From a bacterium (GTDB lineage: Bacteria > RUG730), in assembly GCA_031551405.1 (NCBI GenBank), contig JAVBNQ010000010.1:1-64000 (forward strand): 64,000 bases of DNA. Reading direction: 5' to 3'. The notes under the pieces were generated by a model. The model saw nothing but the letters and a program-made list of their open reading frames with translations. It had not been told where the DNA came from and did not search any database. Position numbers and translations under genes: made by a program. This document shows positions 13,505 to 23,722 of this stretch, piece after piece (the first letter of the stretch is position 1; each line of letters begins with the position of its first letter).

Positions 13505-14587
13505 TCAAATCATTTTTAATTTTTTAAAGCAATCAATAATTTCGTCTTTTTTTATTTGTCGCGGCATATTCACAAGCGTATTATTTTCCGAACAAAGATG
13601 TTCTAAAAAAAACTCAAATTCATCATCATTCAACTTCGTATCAAAAAAGGCAAAATCTCGCATCATCCCAATTTTTTGGTGAAACTCCAAAAGTTCAGTC
13701 TTCTCGGCTTTTGCTTCTTTTCTATCGTCTAGCGTGAGTTGCGCCAAATTACCAAAAGCGACCAATTCTCCGTGCAAAAATTTTCGCATTCGAGGTATTT
13801 GGGTCAGCGAGTTGTGCACACCATGGCTGATGCAGGACCTGCAGCCTTCGCCTCCCATTCCACCTACCATAGGCGCTAAAATTACGTTAATTTTTATCAA
13901 ATTTTTCAAATTTTCTGTCAAATTTTTCGTTTGAAAATCCGAAAGCGCAGCCTCGCTTATCCGAAAAAGTTCAAGTTTAATTTTTTTAGATAAATCAAGC
14001 GCACAATTTACAAAGATGTCTTTCGAATCACCTCGAGTGAAAGCAAAAGATTCGTAATATTTCGCAAGAGAATCACAAATTCCAGCGATCAAAAACCTCG
14101 ACGGAGAATCCAAAATCAAATCGTAATCTAGGATCAGTAAATCTGCGCATTTTTCCAAAATAACATCGCGATAATCGATGGAAGCTCCGTCATCTGTATA
14201 CATTGCTGACAAAGCGCTGCTTGAAGCTCCGGTTGCTGCACTCGTCGGGATCATAATGCTCGGAATTTTGAGATTGTGCGCGACGAATTTCGCTGTATCG
14301 AGAATTTTTCCACCACCGATTCCAACGACAGACGAAGCTTTTTCCCGCACCAAATTCTCAAGTCTCAAAACTTCAGAAGCACAACATTCTCCGACTGAAA
14401 AAATTATGTTTTTCTCTTCAAAATCTTTAAAAAATTTTGTTTGAAATTTTTGGAAAACATCGTTTTTGACAATTAAAAAAGGTCTTTTGCCAAAAATAAT
14501 TTCATTTTCGTTGATCAAATTTTTTTGAAATATATTCGTCCCGTCTATAATTTTTGACGGAGAAATCTTTGTTTTGTGTAAATTCAT
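13505..14587 (-). CDS. Glycerol dehydrogenase-like metal-dependent polyol dehydrogenase
   Basis: GIGGGKILDTAK, IPTSAAT, AGICDSLAKYYE, HGVHNSLT, LHGELVAFG. Confidence 0.85.
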   Translation of the reverse strand: MNLHKTKISPSKIIDGTNIFQKNLINENEIIFGKRPFLIVKNDVFQKFQTKFFKDFEEKNIIFSVGECCASEVLRLENLVREKASSVVGIGGGKILDTAKFVAHNLKIPSIMIPTSAATGASSSALSAMYTDDGASIDYRDVILEKCADLLILDYDLILDSPSRFLIAGICDSLAKYYESFAFTRGDSKDIFVNCALDLSKKIKLELFRISEAALSDFQTKNLTENLKNLIKINVILAPMVGGMGGEGCRSCISHGVHNSLTQIPRMRKFLHGELVAFGNLAQLTLDDRKEAKAEKTELLEFHQKIGMMRDFAFFDTKLNDDEFEFFLEHLCSENNTLVNMPRQIKKDEIIDCFKKLKMI

Positions 14588-14635
14588 AAGTTTTTTAGTT
14601 TAGTTAATTTTTGCTTATTGATAAAAAACCCTAAC

Positions 14636-15250
14636 TCAAACTTTTTCCGAGCTAAAAACATTATCCAAAATTCCTTTTTCGAGATCAAAATACCAACCAT
14701 TCAAACTGAGTTCTTTTTTATCCAATTTTTCTCTGATGAACGGAAACTCCTTCAAATTTTTGATTGACACTAAAATCGCTTCTTTCTCGCAAAGTTCACA
14801 AAATTTTTTATGATCGAGCTTAGAATCAAAATTCTTGTTTTTCACAGATTTCAAAATATTCAGCCAATCGTCGATAAAAACATAATCATTGTCCATTTTG
14901 CTCTTGATCAAAGTTTCGATTCCGCCGCAATTGCTGTGACCAAGAACAATGATGATTTTGATTTTCAAACATTTGATGGCATACTCGATAGCCGCCGAAG
15001 TTCCATGACAAGTCGTAGTGTCTTTTTCAAATGGCGGAACCAAATTTGCGACGTTTCTGACTACAAAAATATCGCCTGGTTTTGTATCAAAAATTATCGA
15101 CGGATCGACTCTCGAGTCACTGCAACTGATGACTAAAATCCTCGGTGATTGTCCCTCATTGTGTAAATTTTTATATGTCTCCGGAGATTCGAGGAAATAT
15201 TTTTTGTAAAATCTATCGAACCCATCTAATAAATCTTTAATTTTTAACAC
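14636..15250 (-). CDS. Beta-class carbonic anhydrase
   Basis: GQSP, CSDSRV, RNVAN, LGHSNCGG zinc ligands. GTG start at 15250 preferred over 15277. Confidence 0.93.
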   Translation of the reverse strand: MLKIKDLLDGFDRFYKKYFLESPETYKNLHNEGQSPRILVISCSDSRVDPSIIFDTKPGDIFVVRNVANLVPPFEKDTTTCHGTSAAIEYAIKCLKIKIIIVLGHSNCGGIETLIKSKMDNDYVFIDDWLNILKSVKNKNFDSKLDHKKFCELCEKEAILVSIKNLKEFPFIREKLDKKELSLNGWYFDLEKGILDNVFSSEKV

Positions 15251-15251
15251 G

Positions 15252-15785
15252 TTATTTCGCCTCAAATACTCTCTCAATTCCGTCCCATTTATCTTGAGCT
15301 TGCAAAATAAATTTTAACGCAAACCGAAAAACGCCACCGCCGCCGCCGCAATCTGCAATCAAATCGCAAAGATCTTTCACCTCGGGAACAGCATCACTTG
15401 GACAAATCGAAAGTCCAACTTCTTTCAAAACAGAAATATCAACCAGATCGTCGCCAATATACGCAACTTCTTCTCGAGATAGTTTCGAATTTTCCAAAAT
15501 TTCCAAAAAAGCAGTCTTCTTATCGAGAGAGCCTAGACTTAAATATTTTACACCTAAGCTTTTTGCCCTTTTCTCGACGTTTTCAGATTTTCTGCCAGTG
15601 ATCCAGCCGGTCTCAATTGCTTTCAACCTTTTCAAAATCGAAAAACTGAGCCCGTCTTTCACATTCCAAATTTTGAGTTCATTTCCATTTGCGTCGAAAA
15701 AAATTTCGCCTCTTGTCAAAACACCGTCGACATCCATTAAAATTAACTTTATATTTTTTGCTATATTTTGTAAATCTTTTTGCAT
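15252..15785 (-). CDS. kdsC: KDO 8-phosphate phosphatase (HAD family)
   Basis: MDVDGVLT, KDG, ITGR, YIGDDLVD; near kdsA. Confidence 0.92.
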   Translation of the reverse strand: MQKDLQNIAKNIKLILMDVDGVLTRGEIFFDANGNELKIWNVKDGLSFSILKRLKAIETGWITGRKSENVEKRAKSLGVKYLSLGSLDKKTAFLEILENSKLSREEVAYIGDDLVDISVLKEVGLSICPSDAVPEVKDLCDLIADCGGGGGVFRFALKFILQAQDKWDGIERVFEAK

Positions 15786-15789
15786 TTTT

Positions 15790-15978
15790 CTACTTCAAAA
15801 ACAAATTTATTGAGAAGACGAAAACTCCCAAAATTGCGTAAATTATCGCTAAAATCAAAACGATTTTCTGATACGAAATTTGCAAAAATTTAGCCATCGC
15901 TAGAGGATGGCCGCATTTAGTGCAAGTCATATTTTCCTTGTTCTCAAAGTTTTCGAATTTACAATTTGGACACTTCAT
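15790..15978 (-). CDS. Small zinc-ribbon protein with C-terminal TM helix
   Basis: CPNC...CTKCGHPL plus a hydrophobic tail; GAGG RBS; fills the kdsA-kdsC gap. Confidence 0.65.
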   Translation of the reverse strand: MKCPNCKFENFENKENMTCTKCGHPLAMAKFLQISYQKIVLILAIIYAILGVFVFSINLFLK

Positions 15979-15985
15979 TTTTACC

Positions 15986-16816
15986 TCACAAGTATAGATT
16001 ATTTTTTATAAACTCGTCTAAATTTTTTAATATTTTTACAAAATTTTCTAACTCACTAATTGGATAAATTGTAGTTTTATCTGACGGAGACAAATCCGGT
16101 TGCGGATGAACTTCCATAAAAATCCCGGCAATCCCAAGCGAAATCGCTGCTTTCGCCAAAGCAAGCGTAAATTCCCGCTCTCCACCTGAATGATTTTCGC
16201 CACCGGGAAGTTGCATGCTGTGCGTTGCGTCAAAAAAAACCGGATACTCGAACTTTTTCATTTTTTCAATACCTTTCATATCGACAACTAAATTGTTGTA
16301 TCCAAAGCTCGTTCCGCGCTCAGTCAACATTATTTTTTCGTTTCCCTGACTTTCGATTTTTTTCACAACGTTTTTCATATCGTCAGGCGCCAAAAATTGC
16401 CCTTTTTTCACGTTAACGATTTTCTGCGTTCTCGCAGCTTCAAGCAAAATATCAGTTTGCCTGCTCAAAAAAGCCGGAATTTGAATGATATCAACAACAT
16501 TTGCGACTTTTTGGACATCGGAAACCGAATGGACATCCGTCGTAACAGGCAGATTGTATTTCGATTTTATTTTTGCCAAGATTTCCAAGCCTTCATCAAT
16601 TCCAAGTCCTCGATATGACGTAATCGAGCTTCTATTTGCTTTATCGAAGGAAGCCTTAAAAATATAACCTATTTCGTATTTCTCGCACAAATTTTTGCAG
16701 AATAACGCGATTTCCTCAGCTTTTTCGTAATTTTCCAAAACGCATGGACCCAAAATCATCGTAAATTCGTTTTGATTAGAAATCTTTAAATTATTCAAAT
16801 TAACAGTTTTTTGCAT
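15986..16816 (-). CDS. kdsA: KDO 8-phosphate synthase
   Basis: GPCVLE, KASFDKANRSS, QIPAFLSRQTD, KKGQFLAP, ERGTSFGY, FDATHS. Confidence 0.97.
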   Translation of the reverse strand: MQKTVNLNNLKISNQNEFTMILGPCVLENYEKAEEIALFCKNLCEKYEIGYIFKASFDKANRSSITSYRGLGIDEGLEILAKIKSKYNLPVTTDVHSVSDVQKVANVVDIIQIPAFLSRQTDILLEAARTQKIVNVKKGQFLAPDDMKNVVKKIESQGNEKIMLTERGTSFGYNNLVVDMKGIEKMKKFEYPVFFDATHSMQLPGGENHSGGEREFTLALAKAAISLGIAGIFMEVHPQPDLSPSDKTTIYPISELENFVKILKNLDEFIKNNLYL

Positions 16817-16897
16817 TTATTTTTTCTCTTTTTTGCACAAAATTGCAACGATTTTCCTAATTTTTATTGCTTCAATTTTTTTCAATCTCTACTTATT

Positions 16898-17101
16898 TTA
16901 AGGTTTAAACTTCAATTTCGTTTTATAAACTTGCTCTAAAATTTCATTGAAAATTTTCTCAATTTCCTCGTCGGAATATTCATACGAACTTTTACTTGAA
17001 CAATTTCCCAAAATTCGTAATTTTTCAATAATCTCGTCTTTTCTTTTATATGCCAATCTCTGAAATCTATCTAATTTTTCTGCATCCATTTTTCCCTCCA
17101 T
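16898..17101 (-). CDS. Small hypothetical protein
   Basis: Clean ORF with GGAGG RBS before the second Met; helical RFQRLAYKR...LGNCSSKSSYEYS pattern. Confidence 0.6.
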   Translation of the reverse strand: MEGKMDAEKLDRFQRLAYKRKDEIIEKLRILGNCSSKSSYEYSDEEIEKIFNEILEQVYKTKLKFKP

Positions 17102-17115
17102 TTTTTAAGTGTCGT

Positions 17116-18411
17116 TTAATTTACATAGCGCCGTTTATCGACGTTCAAAACTATGCCAATCATCATGCAATTAATAATAAACGCAGTTCCGCCATAACTA
17201 ATAAACGGTAACGGAACTCCTGTAACAGGCAAAATCCCGATGACAAATCCAATATTTAAAAACACGAAAAATGAAAATAAAATAAAAAATCCCAAAACAG
17301 TCAATGAACCAAATCTATCTTTTGAATTTTTCGCAATAAAGTATAGACGATAACAAATCAAAAAATAAATAACCAAAACTACAAAAGAAACAATAAATCC
17401 GCCCTCTTCTCCGATGACAGAAAAGATAAAATCAGTATGCCTCTCCGGTAAAAATCCGAGCTGAATCTGGCTGCCTTTCTTGAAGCCTTTGCCAAATAAA
17501 CCGCCTGAACCAACTGCTATTTTCGATTGAATCACATTATATCCAGCACCCAAACTATCAAATTCCGGGCTGAAAAATACAATCAATCTGTTTCTCTGAT
17601 AATCTTTTATATGTCTGTCGCAAAATTCGCCAATCGAAATTGCAATTGTAAAAAACACGAAGAAATAAATCGCAATGTTTTTATTCAAAAACTTGCGTTT
17701 TTTTATGGAAAAAATACCGTACAAAACAACAAAAATTAAAAAACCTAAAGCTAAAATGTAATAAAAGTTTGTAAATTTCAAAAATTCCGGATTATAAGCC
17801 AATAAAAATGTTCTAAAAAGTGGCAAAGCAACCACAAATGTTCCTAAAAAAATAATTATAAATAAAAACAATTTTGCAACACCTGCAGCATAATACATCC
17901 CCATAAAAATAGGAAACAAAACCAAAATAGCTCCAAAATCCGGTTGCAATAAAATCAAAAAAACAAGAGGAAATAAAATCAAAGAACCTTTCAAAAAATT
18001 TGCAAAAGACTTTATAAAAATGCTGTCTTTGTCGAGAAATTTAGCAAAAAACAGTATGAACGCTATTCGAGCGAACTCAGCCGGCTGAAACGAAAATCCC
18101 GCAAAATGAAACCAACTTTTCGAACCGCGAGTAGTTTTCCCAGCAAATAAAACAAAGATCAAAAGCAAAATCGCTATAAAATAAATATGTTTGGAATAAT
18201 ATCGGTAGTGATTGTAATCTATTATAGAAAATAGAAAAATCGCAATAAAACCCAAAAAAACAGCTACGATTTGTTTTGTGAAAAGCAAAGAAAAATTAGG
18301 CAAATTATACGTCGCGCTATACAAAAAATAAAGCCCAAAACCGGAAATCAAAAAAACCAAAAATATCAGAAAAAAATCTAGATTTTTGAAATATTTTTTA
18401 TTTTCTTTCAT
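17116..18411 (-). CDS. rodA: Rod shape-determining SEDS protein RodA
   Basis: FQPAEFA, QPDFG, YQRNRL, GYNVIQSKIAVGSGG, LPERHTDFIF, GVPLPFISYGGT. Confidence 0.93.
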   Translation of the reverse strand: MKENKKYFKNLDFFLIFLVFLISGFGLYFLYSATYNLPNFSLLFTKQIVAVFLGFIAIFLFSIIDYNHYRYYSKHIYFIAILLLIFVLFAGKTTRGSKSWFHFAGFSFQPAEFARIAFILFFAKFLDKDSIFIKSFANFLKGSLILFPLVFLILLQPDFGAILVLFPIFMGMYYAAGVAKLFLFIIIFLGTFVVALPLFRTFLLAYNPEFLKFTNFYYILALGFLIFVVLYGIFSIKKRKFLNKNIAIYFFVFFTIAISIGEFCDRHIKDYQRNRLIVFFSPEFDSLGAGYNVIQSKIAVGSGGLFGKGFKKGSQIQLGFLPERHTDFIFSVIGEEGGFIVSFVVLVIYFLICYRLYFIAKNSKDRFGSLTVLGFFILFSFFVFLNIGFVIGILPVTGVPLPFISYGGTAFIINCMMIGIVLNVDKRRYVN

Positions 18412-18421
18412 CTCGATTTAA

Positions 18422-20086
18422 TCACATGCTTTCCGGAGCTGAAATACCCAAAAGTTCTAAAGCATCTTTAAAGACTTGCCTTAAAAGCTCGCAAATAAAA
18501 AGCCGAGTTCGTGTCAAATTCTGATTTTCTTTGTCAACGATTTTATGTTTCGCATAATAATTGTGAAATTTCCCGGCCAAATCCAAAAGATACCCTGTAA
18601 TGTGATGACTACTAAATTCTTTTGCGCAAAGTACTAATACGTCCGCATAATTCAAAATTGCTTTCATTAAAATCAAGTCTTCTTTTTCACTTAGATTTTG
18701 CGACAAAAAATCAAGATTAATTTCTGAAAAATCCGTATTAATCTTTTCATTTTTTGCATTTTTCAAAATACTGTTAATCCTAGCGTGCGCATACTGGACG
18801 TAATAAACCGGATTTTCATTTGTTTTTTTCTTCGCAAGCTCGAGGTCAAAATCCAAAGGACTATTTCCATCTCGCATCAAAAGCGAAAATCTCGTCGCGT
18901 CGCTCCCTACTTCCTCGATCACTTCTTCGAGTGAAATGAATTCGCCACTTCTAGTCGACATCGCAACTTTTTCTCCGCCGCGAAGAAGCGAAACCAAATG
19001 ATATAAAATTATCTTAATCTTTCCCGGATTATTCCCTAGATATTCAATAGAAGCTTTGAGACGAGCGACATAGCCATGGTGATCCGCTCCCCAAATATCC
19101 ACCAAATAATCATAACCTCTGTCTAATTTGTTTTTGTGATAAGCAATGTCCGTCGCAAAATATGTCGGCCTTCCGTCGTTCCTGATAATCACACGATTTT
19201 TGTCGTCGTCACCAAAGTCATTCGTCATCAGCCACCAGGCTCCGTCAACATTTTTTATATAATTTCTTGATTTCAAAACTTCAATCGCTTCATCTAATTT
19301 TGATTGATTTTCAACATTTTTTTCAAAAATTGAACTCTCAAAAAACCAGTTGTCAAACTCAATATTAAATTTTTTCAAATCATTTTTGATGACGAGAACC
19401 ATTTCGTCCAAAATAATTTTTCTAAAATCAAGACCAAGGTCTTTTTTATCCAGACTCAATAATTTTTTAGCAACATCTGTTATATAGTCGCCATGATAAT
19501 ATCCATCAGGTAAATCAATTTTTTCGCCTAAAAGTTGTTTGTATCGTATTTCCAGAGATTTTCCCAAAACATCGATCTGGTTTCCGGCGTCGTTTACGTA
19601 ATATTCTTTGTCGACGGCAAAGCCAACTTTTTTCAAAACTCTAGCCAAAGAGTCACCGATTGCAGCTCCCCTCGCATGTCCAATATGTAAAGGCCCGGTA
19701 GGATTTGCTGAGACGAACTCTATTAAAACTTTTTGTCCGTCGCCAATATTTAAATCAAAATATTTTTTTAGCGTAAAAACCCGCAAAATTTCACTGCAAA
19801 AAACCTCGCGATTTAATACAAAATTCAAAAATCCCGGACCAGCGATAAAAACTTTACTTATTATTTTTTTCGACTCGGAACTTTCTAGTTTTTTTATAAA
19901 TTCTTCTGCAACTTTTATAGGTGAAGTTTTAATGATCTTCGAGCCTTGAAAACAGATGTTCGAAGCATAATCCGCATCGATATTTTTTGGCGGTTCCTTA
20001 ACGACAAAACTGTTTTTAATATTAACTTCCGGATAAATCTCGCTCCAAACTTCGCTCAAAATCTCAATCAAGCGTTTTTTTATCAC
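18422..20086 (-). CDS. argS: Arginyl-tRNA synthetase
   Basis: EFVSANPTGPLHIGHARG, WGADHHGY, MSTRSG, YVQYAHAR, APESM end. Confidence 0.98.
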   Translation of the reverse strand: MIKKRLIEILSEVWSEIYPEVNIKNSFVVKEPPKNIDADYASNICFQGSKIIKTSPIKVAEEFIKKLESSESKKIISKVFIAGPGFLNFVLNREVFCSEILRVFTLKKYFDLNIGDGQKVLIEFVSANPTGPLHIGHARGAAIGDSLARVLKKVGFAVDKEYYVNDAGNQIDVLGKSLEIRYKQLLGEKIDLPDGYYHGDYITDVAKKLLSLDKKDLGLDFRKIILDEMVLVIKNDLKKFNIEFDNWFFESSIFEKNVENQSKLDEAIEVLKSRNYIKNVDGAWWLMTNDFGDDDKNRVIIRNDGRPTYFATDIAYHKNKLDRGYDYLVDIWGADHHGYVARLKASIEYLGNNPGKIKIILYHLVSLLRGGEKVAMSTRSGEFISLEEVIEEVGSDATRFSLLMRDGNSPLDFDLELAKKKTNENPVYYVQYAHARINSILKNAKNEKINTDFSEINLDFLSQNLSEKEDLILMKAILNYADVLVLCAKEFSSHHITGYLLDLAGKFHNYYAKHKIVDKENQNLTRTRLFICELLRQVFKDALELLGISAPESM

Positions 20087-20444
20087 TTTTTGTCTCCCAC
20101 TTTACAGTTTTCGCGTCTCTCCAAAGATTTTCGAGGTTATACTCCGCCCGAATGTCAGCCGTAAAAATATGCACGATAATATTCCCAAAATCCGTCACAG
20201 CCCACCTCGTATCCTTGAATAAGCCTTCTCGACGGAATGGCAAAACATCAAACGCAAGCAACGACCCTTTTGTATAATCGACTAAAGCATTAACGTGCGA
20301 ATTACTCCTAGCAGTAGCTAGTACGAAATAATCAGCAATTGACGATTTGTCTTTGACGTCGAAAATCAGAATATCTGCAGCTTTTTTGTCCTGTAGACAA
20401 CTCGCAATTTTTTTTGCTATATCTCTAAAATTTAATTTTTTCAC
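20064..20444 (-). CDS. rsfS: Ribosome silencing factor RsfS (Iojap)
   Basis: DKKAADI, ADYFVLAT, W..D.G.IIVHIF...R..YNLE.LW. GTG start at 20444 with GAGGG RBS. Confidence 0.92.
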   Translation of the reverse strand: MKKLNFRDIAKKIASCLQDKKAADILIFDVKDKSSIADYFVLATARSNSHVNALVDYTKGSLLAFDVLPFRREGLFKDTRWAVTDFGNIIVHIFTADIRAEYNLENLWRDAKTVKWETKSDKKTLD

Positions 20445-20467
20445 AACAAAACCCTCTATAATTTTTA

Positions 20468-21364
20468 TTAATGCAATATAACTAATTTTACATAAGACCA
20501 AAAAATTATTGCCAGTACAAAACAAACGGCTTTTTCTTTGAAATTACGTTTTAACATCGAAAAAGAGAAAAAATATCGCAATCTAGAAAACAGTCTCTTT
20601 GTGTTTTTTTCTCGAGTTTTTCCATAAAATTTTTGCAAAATATAACCTATCCTTTTGAGTTTGACATTCCAATAAATCTTACCATTCGCGCAAAAGCTAA
20701 AATTCCCAGTCTCCTCGGAAACAATGAATACGAACGCATCCGAAACTTCCGAGAGACCTAGTCCTGCTCTGTGCCTCGTGCCAATCGTCTTGTCCAGCTC
20801 CTGCTTACTGAGAGGCAAAAGGCTCGCTGCTGAAGCCAATTTGTTTTTTTGAATCACCACTGCTCCATCGTGAAGCGGCGACGTAGGTGCAAAAATTGTC
20901 TTAAGAATCTCAAGACTTATCAAAGAGTTAAGCTTCACACCTGAATCAATAAAATTTTTCAGGCTTACATTTCGCTCCAAAATTATCAAAGCGCCTATCT
21001 TTTTCTCCGAAAAAAATTTCAATGCACTAATTATTTTGATTTGGCTATCTTCGTCGATTTTAACAGAACCTATTCGTTTTTTGCCAATTTCAACCAAAAG
21101 TTTTCTTATTTCCGGTTGAAAAATAACAGCAATCACAACAATAGAAACCGTCCACATTGTTCTAAAAAGCCATTCAACAACTATAAATTTCAAAAAACTT
21201 GCGATAATTGTCAAAACAAAAAAATAAAAAAAACTTCTAAACATTTGCGCAGCCAAACTGTCTTTTAAAAACTTGTAAGCCTGGTAAAAAATAAAATAAA
21301 CGCATAAAACGTCCAAAGTATACGAAAGAATAATGAGTAAAAAATTATAGTCGAAATTTTGCAA
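20468..21364 (-). CDS. cdaA: Diadenylate cyclase CdaA/DacA
   Basis: Three N-terminal TMs, FQPEIR, PLHDGA, GTRHRAG, VSEETG. Confidence 0.93.
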   Translation of the reverse strand: MQNFDYNFLLIILSYTLDVLCVYFIFYQAYKFLKDSLAAQMFRSFFYFFVLTIIASFLKFIVVEWLFRTMWTVSIVVIAVIFQPEIRKLLVEIGKKRIGSVKIDEDSQIKIISALKFFSEKKIGALIILERNVSLKNFIDSGVKLNSLISLEILKTIFAPTSPLHDGAVVIQKNKLASAASLLPLSKQELDKTIGTRHRAGLGLSEVSDAFVFIVSEETGNFSFCANGKIYWNVKLKRIGYILQKFYGKTREKNTKRLFSRLRYFFSFSMLKRNFKEKAVCFVLAIIFWSYVKLVILH

Positions 21365-21411
21365 TTTTTATCTCCAATAATTTTAAAAACGAAAAATTTT
21401 GCAAGAGCCTA

Positions 21412-22071
21412 TCACTTCTGCGTTTGATGTTGATGTTTTATTACGATTCCCTCGGCAAGATACAAAACATCCTCGCAAATATTCGTCGTCAGATCGGCGA
21501 TTCTCTCCAAATTCCCGGCAATACTAATTAGTTTTAAAGACGGCGAAATAGCAGTCGGATTTTTTTCCATAATTATCTTCAAATCCTCGATAATCTTTTT
21601 TTTCAATAAATCAACTTCATTATCTTTTATGCAAACTTTTTGCGCGAGCTCTGCATCTTCATTCACAAAAGATTCAATACTGTTTTTCAACATTTCACTT
21701 GTAATATCTCCCATTTTTGGGATATCTATAAGTGGTTTAACGAGCGGCTCTTTTATGAAAACTAAACCGTTCTGTGCGATATTTACGGCGTGATCAGCCA
21801 TTCGTTCGAGATCATTACTCATTTTCATAGCGATTATCACCATTCTGAGATTCCTCGCTATCGGCTGATACTGAGCAATGTGATTGATACAACTCTCGTC
21901 AAATTCTAGCTCATACTGATTTGATTGAGGTTCGTCGTTATTTATCACGTCGTACAAAATTTCCTCATTTCTCTCGAGTATCCCAAGCATACTCTTTCTT
22001 ACCATTTTTTCGACTAATTCCGCATAATTAATGAGTTCTTTTTTCAATAAAATTATTTTTTCTTTAAACAT
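21412..22071 (-). CDS. phoU: Phosphate signalling protein PhoU
   Basis: QPIARNLR, DLERMADHAVNIA, LERIADLTTNICE; follows pstB. Confidence 0.95.
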   Translation of the reverse strand: MFKEKIILLKKELINYAELVEKMVRKSMLGILERNEEILYDVINNDEPQSNQYELEFDESCINHIAQYQPIARNLRMVIIAMKMSNDLERMADHAVNIAQNGLVFIKEPLVKPLIDIPKMGDITSEMLKNSIESFVNEDAELAQKVCIKDNEVDLLKKKIIEDLKIIMEKNPTAISPSLKLISIAGNLERIADLTTNICEDVLYLAEGIVIKHQHQTQK

Positions 22072-22116
22072 CTTTTTTATAACTCCAACTAAATTTTTAT
22101 ATTCCAAAAACTATTA

Positions 22117-22881
22117 TCATCCAAATCTTCCCGACAAATATTCTTCCGTCTTTTTTTCCTTTGGTACAGTAAAAATTTTCTCCGTGTGTCCATACTCGAT
22201 CAACTCGCCAAAATACATAAAAGCCGTATAATCCGAAACTCTCGCAGCCTGCTGCATGTTGTGAGTAACTATAACGATCGTGTAAAATTGCTCAAGCTGA
22301 AGAATTAATTCTTCAATCCTATTCGTAGAAATCGGATCCAAGCTTGCGCACGGCTCGTCAAAAAGTATCACTTCCGGCTCAATCGCCAAACATCTCGCGA
22401 TACAAAGCCTTTGCTGCTGTCCGCCTGAAAGCTCCATAGCGCTGTGATCGAGTCTATCCTTAACCTCATCCCAAAGCGAAGCCTGTTTAAGCGACTCCTC
22501 AACTTTCTGCTCAATTATTTTTTTATTAACTTTTCCATTTAACTCGAGCCCATAGCTTATATTTTGAAAAATACTTTTGGGAAAAGGATTCGGTTTTTGA
22601 AAAACCATTCCAACTTTACGCCTCAGCTTAACGATATCAATTTTTTTATCGAGAATATCTTCATCATCAATAAAAATTTCGCCATCAACGTTCGTGTTTG
22701 TGATAAACTCATTCATTTTATTGAATAGTCTAAGTAGAGTAGATTTCCCACATCCCGATGGTCCGATAAAAGAAGTTACCTTGTGATCAAAAATATCAAT
22801 ATTTACATCTTTAAGCGCATGATTTTTTCCATAATAAAAATTGATATCTCTCGCCTTTATTTTTATTTTATTAGTGGACAT
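22117..22881 (-). CDS. pstB: Phosphate ABC transporter ATPase
   Basis: [41 protein letters not shown]. Confidence 0.97.
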   Translation of the reverse strand: MSTNKIKIKARDINFYYGKNHALKDVNIDIFDHKVTSFIGPSGCGKSTLLRLFNKMNEFITNTNVDGEIFIDDEDILDKKIDIVKLRRKVGMVFQKPNPFPKSIFQNISYGLELNGKVNKKIIEQKVEESLKQASLWDEVKDRLDHSAMELSGGQQQRLCIARCLAIEPEVILFDEPCASLDPISTNRIEELILQLEQFYTIVIVTHNMQQAARVSDYTAFMYFGELIEYGHTEKIFTVPKEKKTEEYLSGRFG

Positions 22882-23722
22882 ATTCGCTCCTGTATTTATT
22901 TCGCAAAATTATTGCAACGGACGAAATCAAAACTACTAACACAACCAAGACTAGCGACGCTCCATAAGCGATCAAAGTCTGCTCATCAGGATGTGTTCCT
23001 TCCGTCATCAACGCATAAACATGGTAAGGCAAAGCCATAACCTCGGAAAAAATTGAGTCGGGATATCCTCGTTTATAAAAAGTCGCAGCAGTAAAAAGTA
23101 TCGGAGCCGTTTCTCCGGCAGCTCGTCCAATACTCAAAATAACTCCGGTCATAATTCCGGGAAAAGCAGATGGAACTACAACCCTGCGTATAGTTTGCCA
23201 CTTGCTTGCTCCGAGAGCAAACGATGCCTCTCTCGTCGAATACGGAACTGCGAGAAGAGCCTCTTGCGCTGCTGAGATTATACTCGGAAGAATCAAAATC
23301 CCAAGAGTCAAACTTCCTGACAGAATCGATACGCCAAATCCGAAAAATTTCACAAAAATGCTAAGCCCAAACAATCCAAAAATTACAGACGGAACACCAG
23401 CCAAATTATTGATTCCCATTTTTATGATGTTTCGAATATGACTTTTCGGCGTGTATTCGTTCAGATAAATTGCGCAACCGAGTCCGAGCGGCAGTGCAAA
23501 AATTATTGCACCAATCGTCAAGTAAAAAGTCCCAATTATAGCAGGAGCGATTCCTCCGGCTGTCATACTTTTGCGAGGAACAGAAGTCAAAAATTCCCAA
23601 GAAATAACACCTATTCCTTTCACAAAAATAAAATAAAGTATCGTAGCTAAAAAAAACAAAGTAATTATAAAACAAATTTTTATTAGATTAAAGCCAAAAA
23701 ATTGGATAATTTTATTTTTCAT
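22871..23722 (-). CDS. pstA: Phosphate ABC transporter permease
   Basis: [23 protein letters not shown]. Confidence 0.95.
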   Translation of the reverse strand: MKNKIIQFFGFNLIKICFIITLFFLATILYFIFVKGIGVISWEFLTSVPRKSMTAGGIAPAIIGTFYLTIGAIIFALPLGLGCAIYLNEYTPKSHIRNIIKMGINNLAGVPSVIFGLFGLSIFVKFFGFGVSILSGSLTLGILILPSIISAAQEALLAVPYSTREASFALGASKWQTIRRVVVPSAFPGIMTGVILSIGRAAGETAPILFTAATFYKRGYPDSIFSEVMALPYHVYALMTEGTHPDEQTLIAYGASLVLVVLVVLISSVAIILRNKYRSEYVH

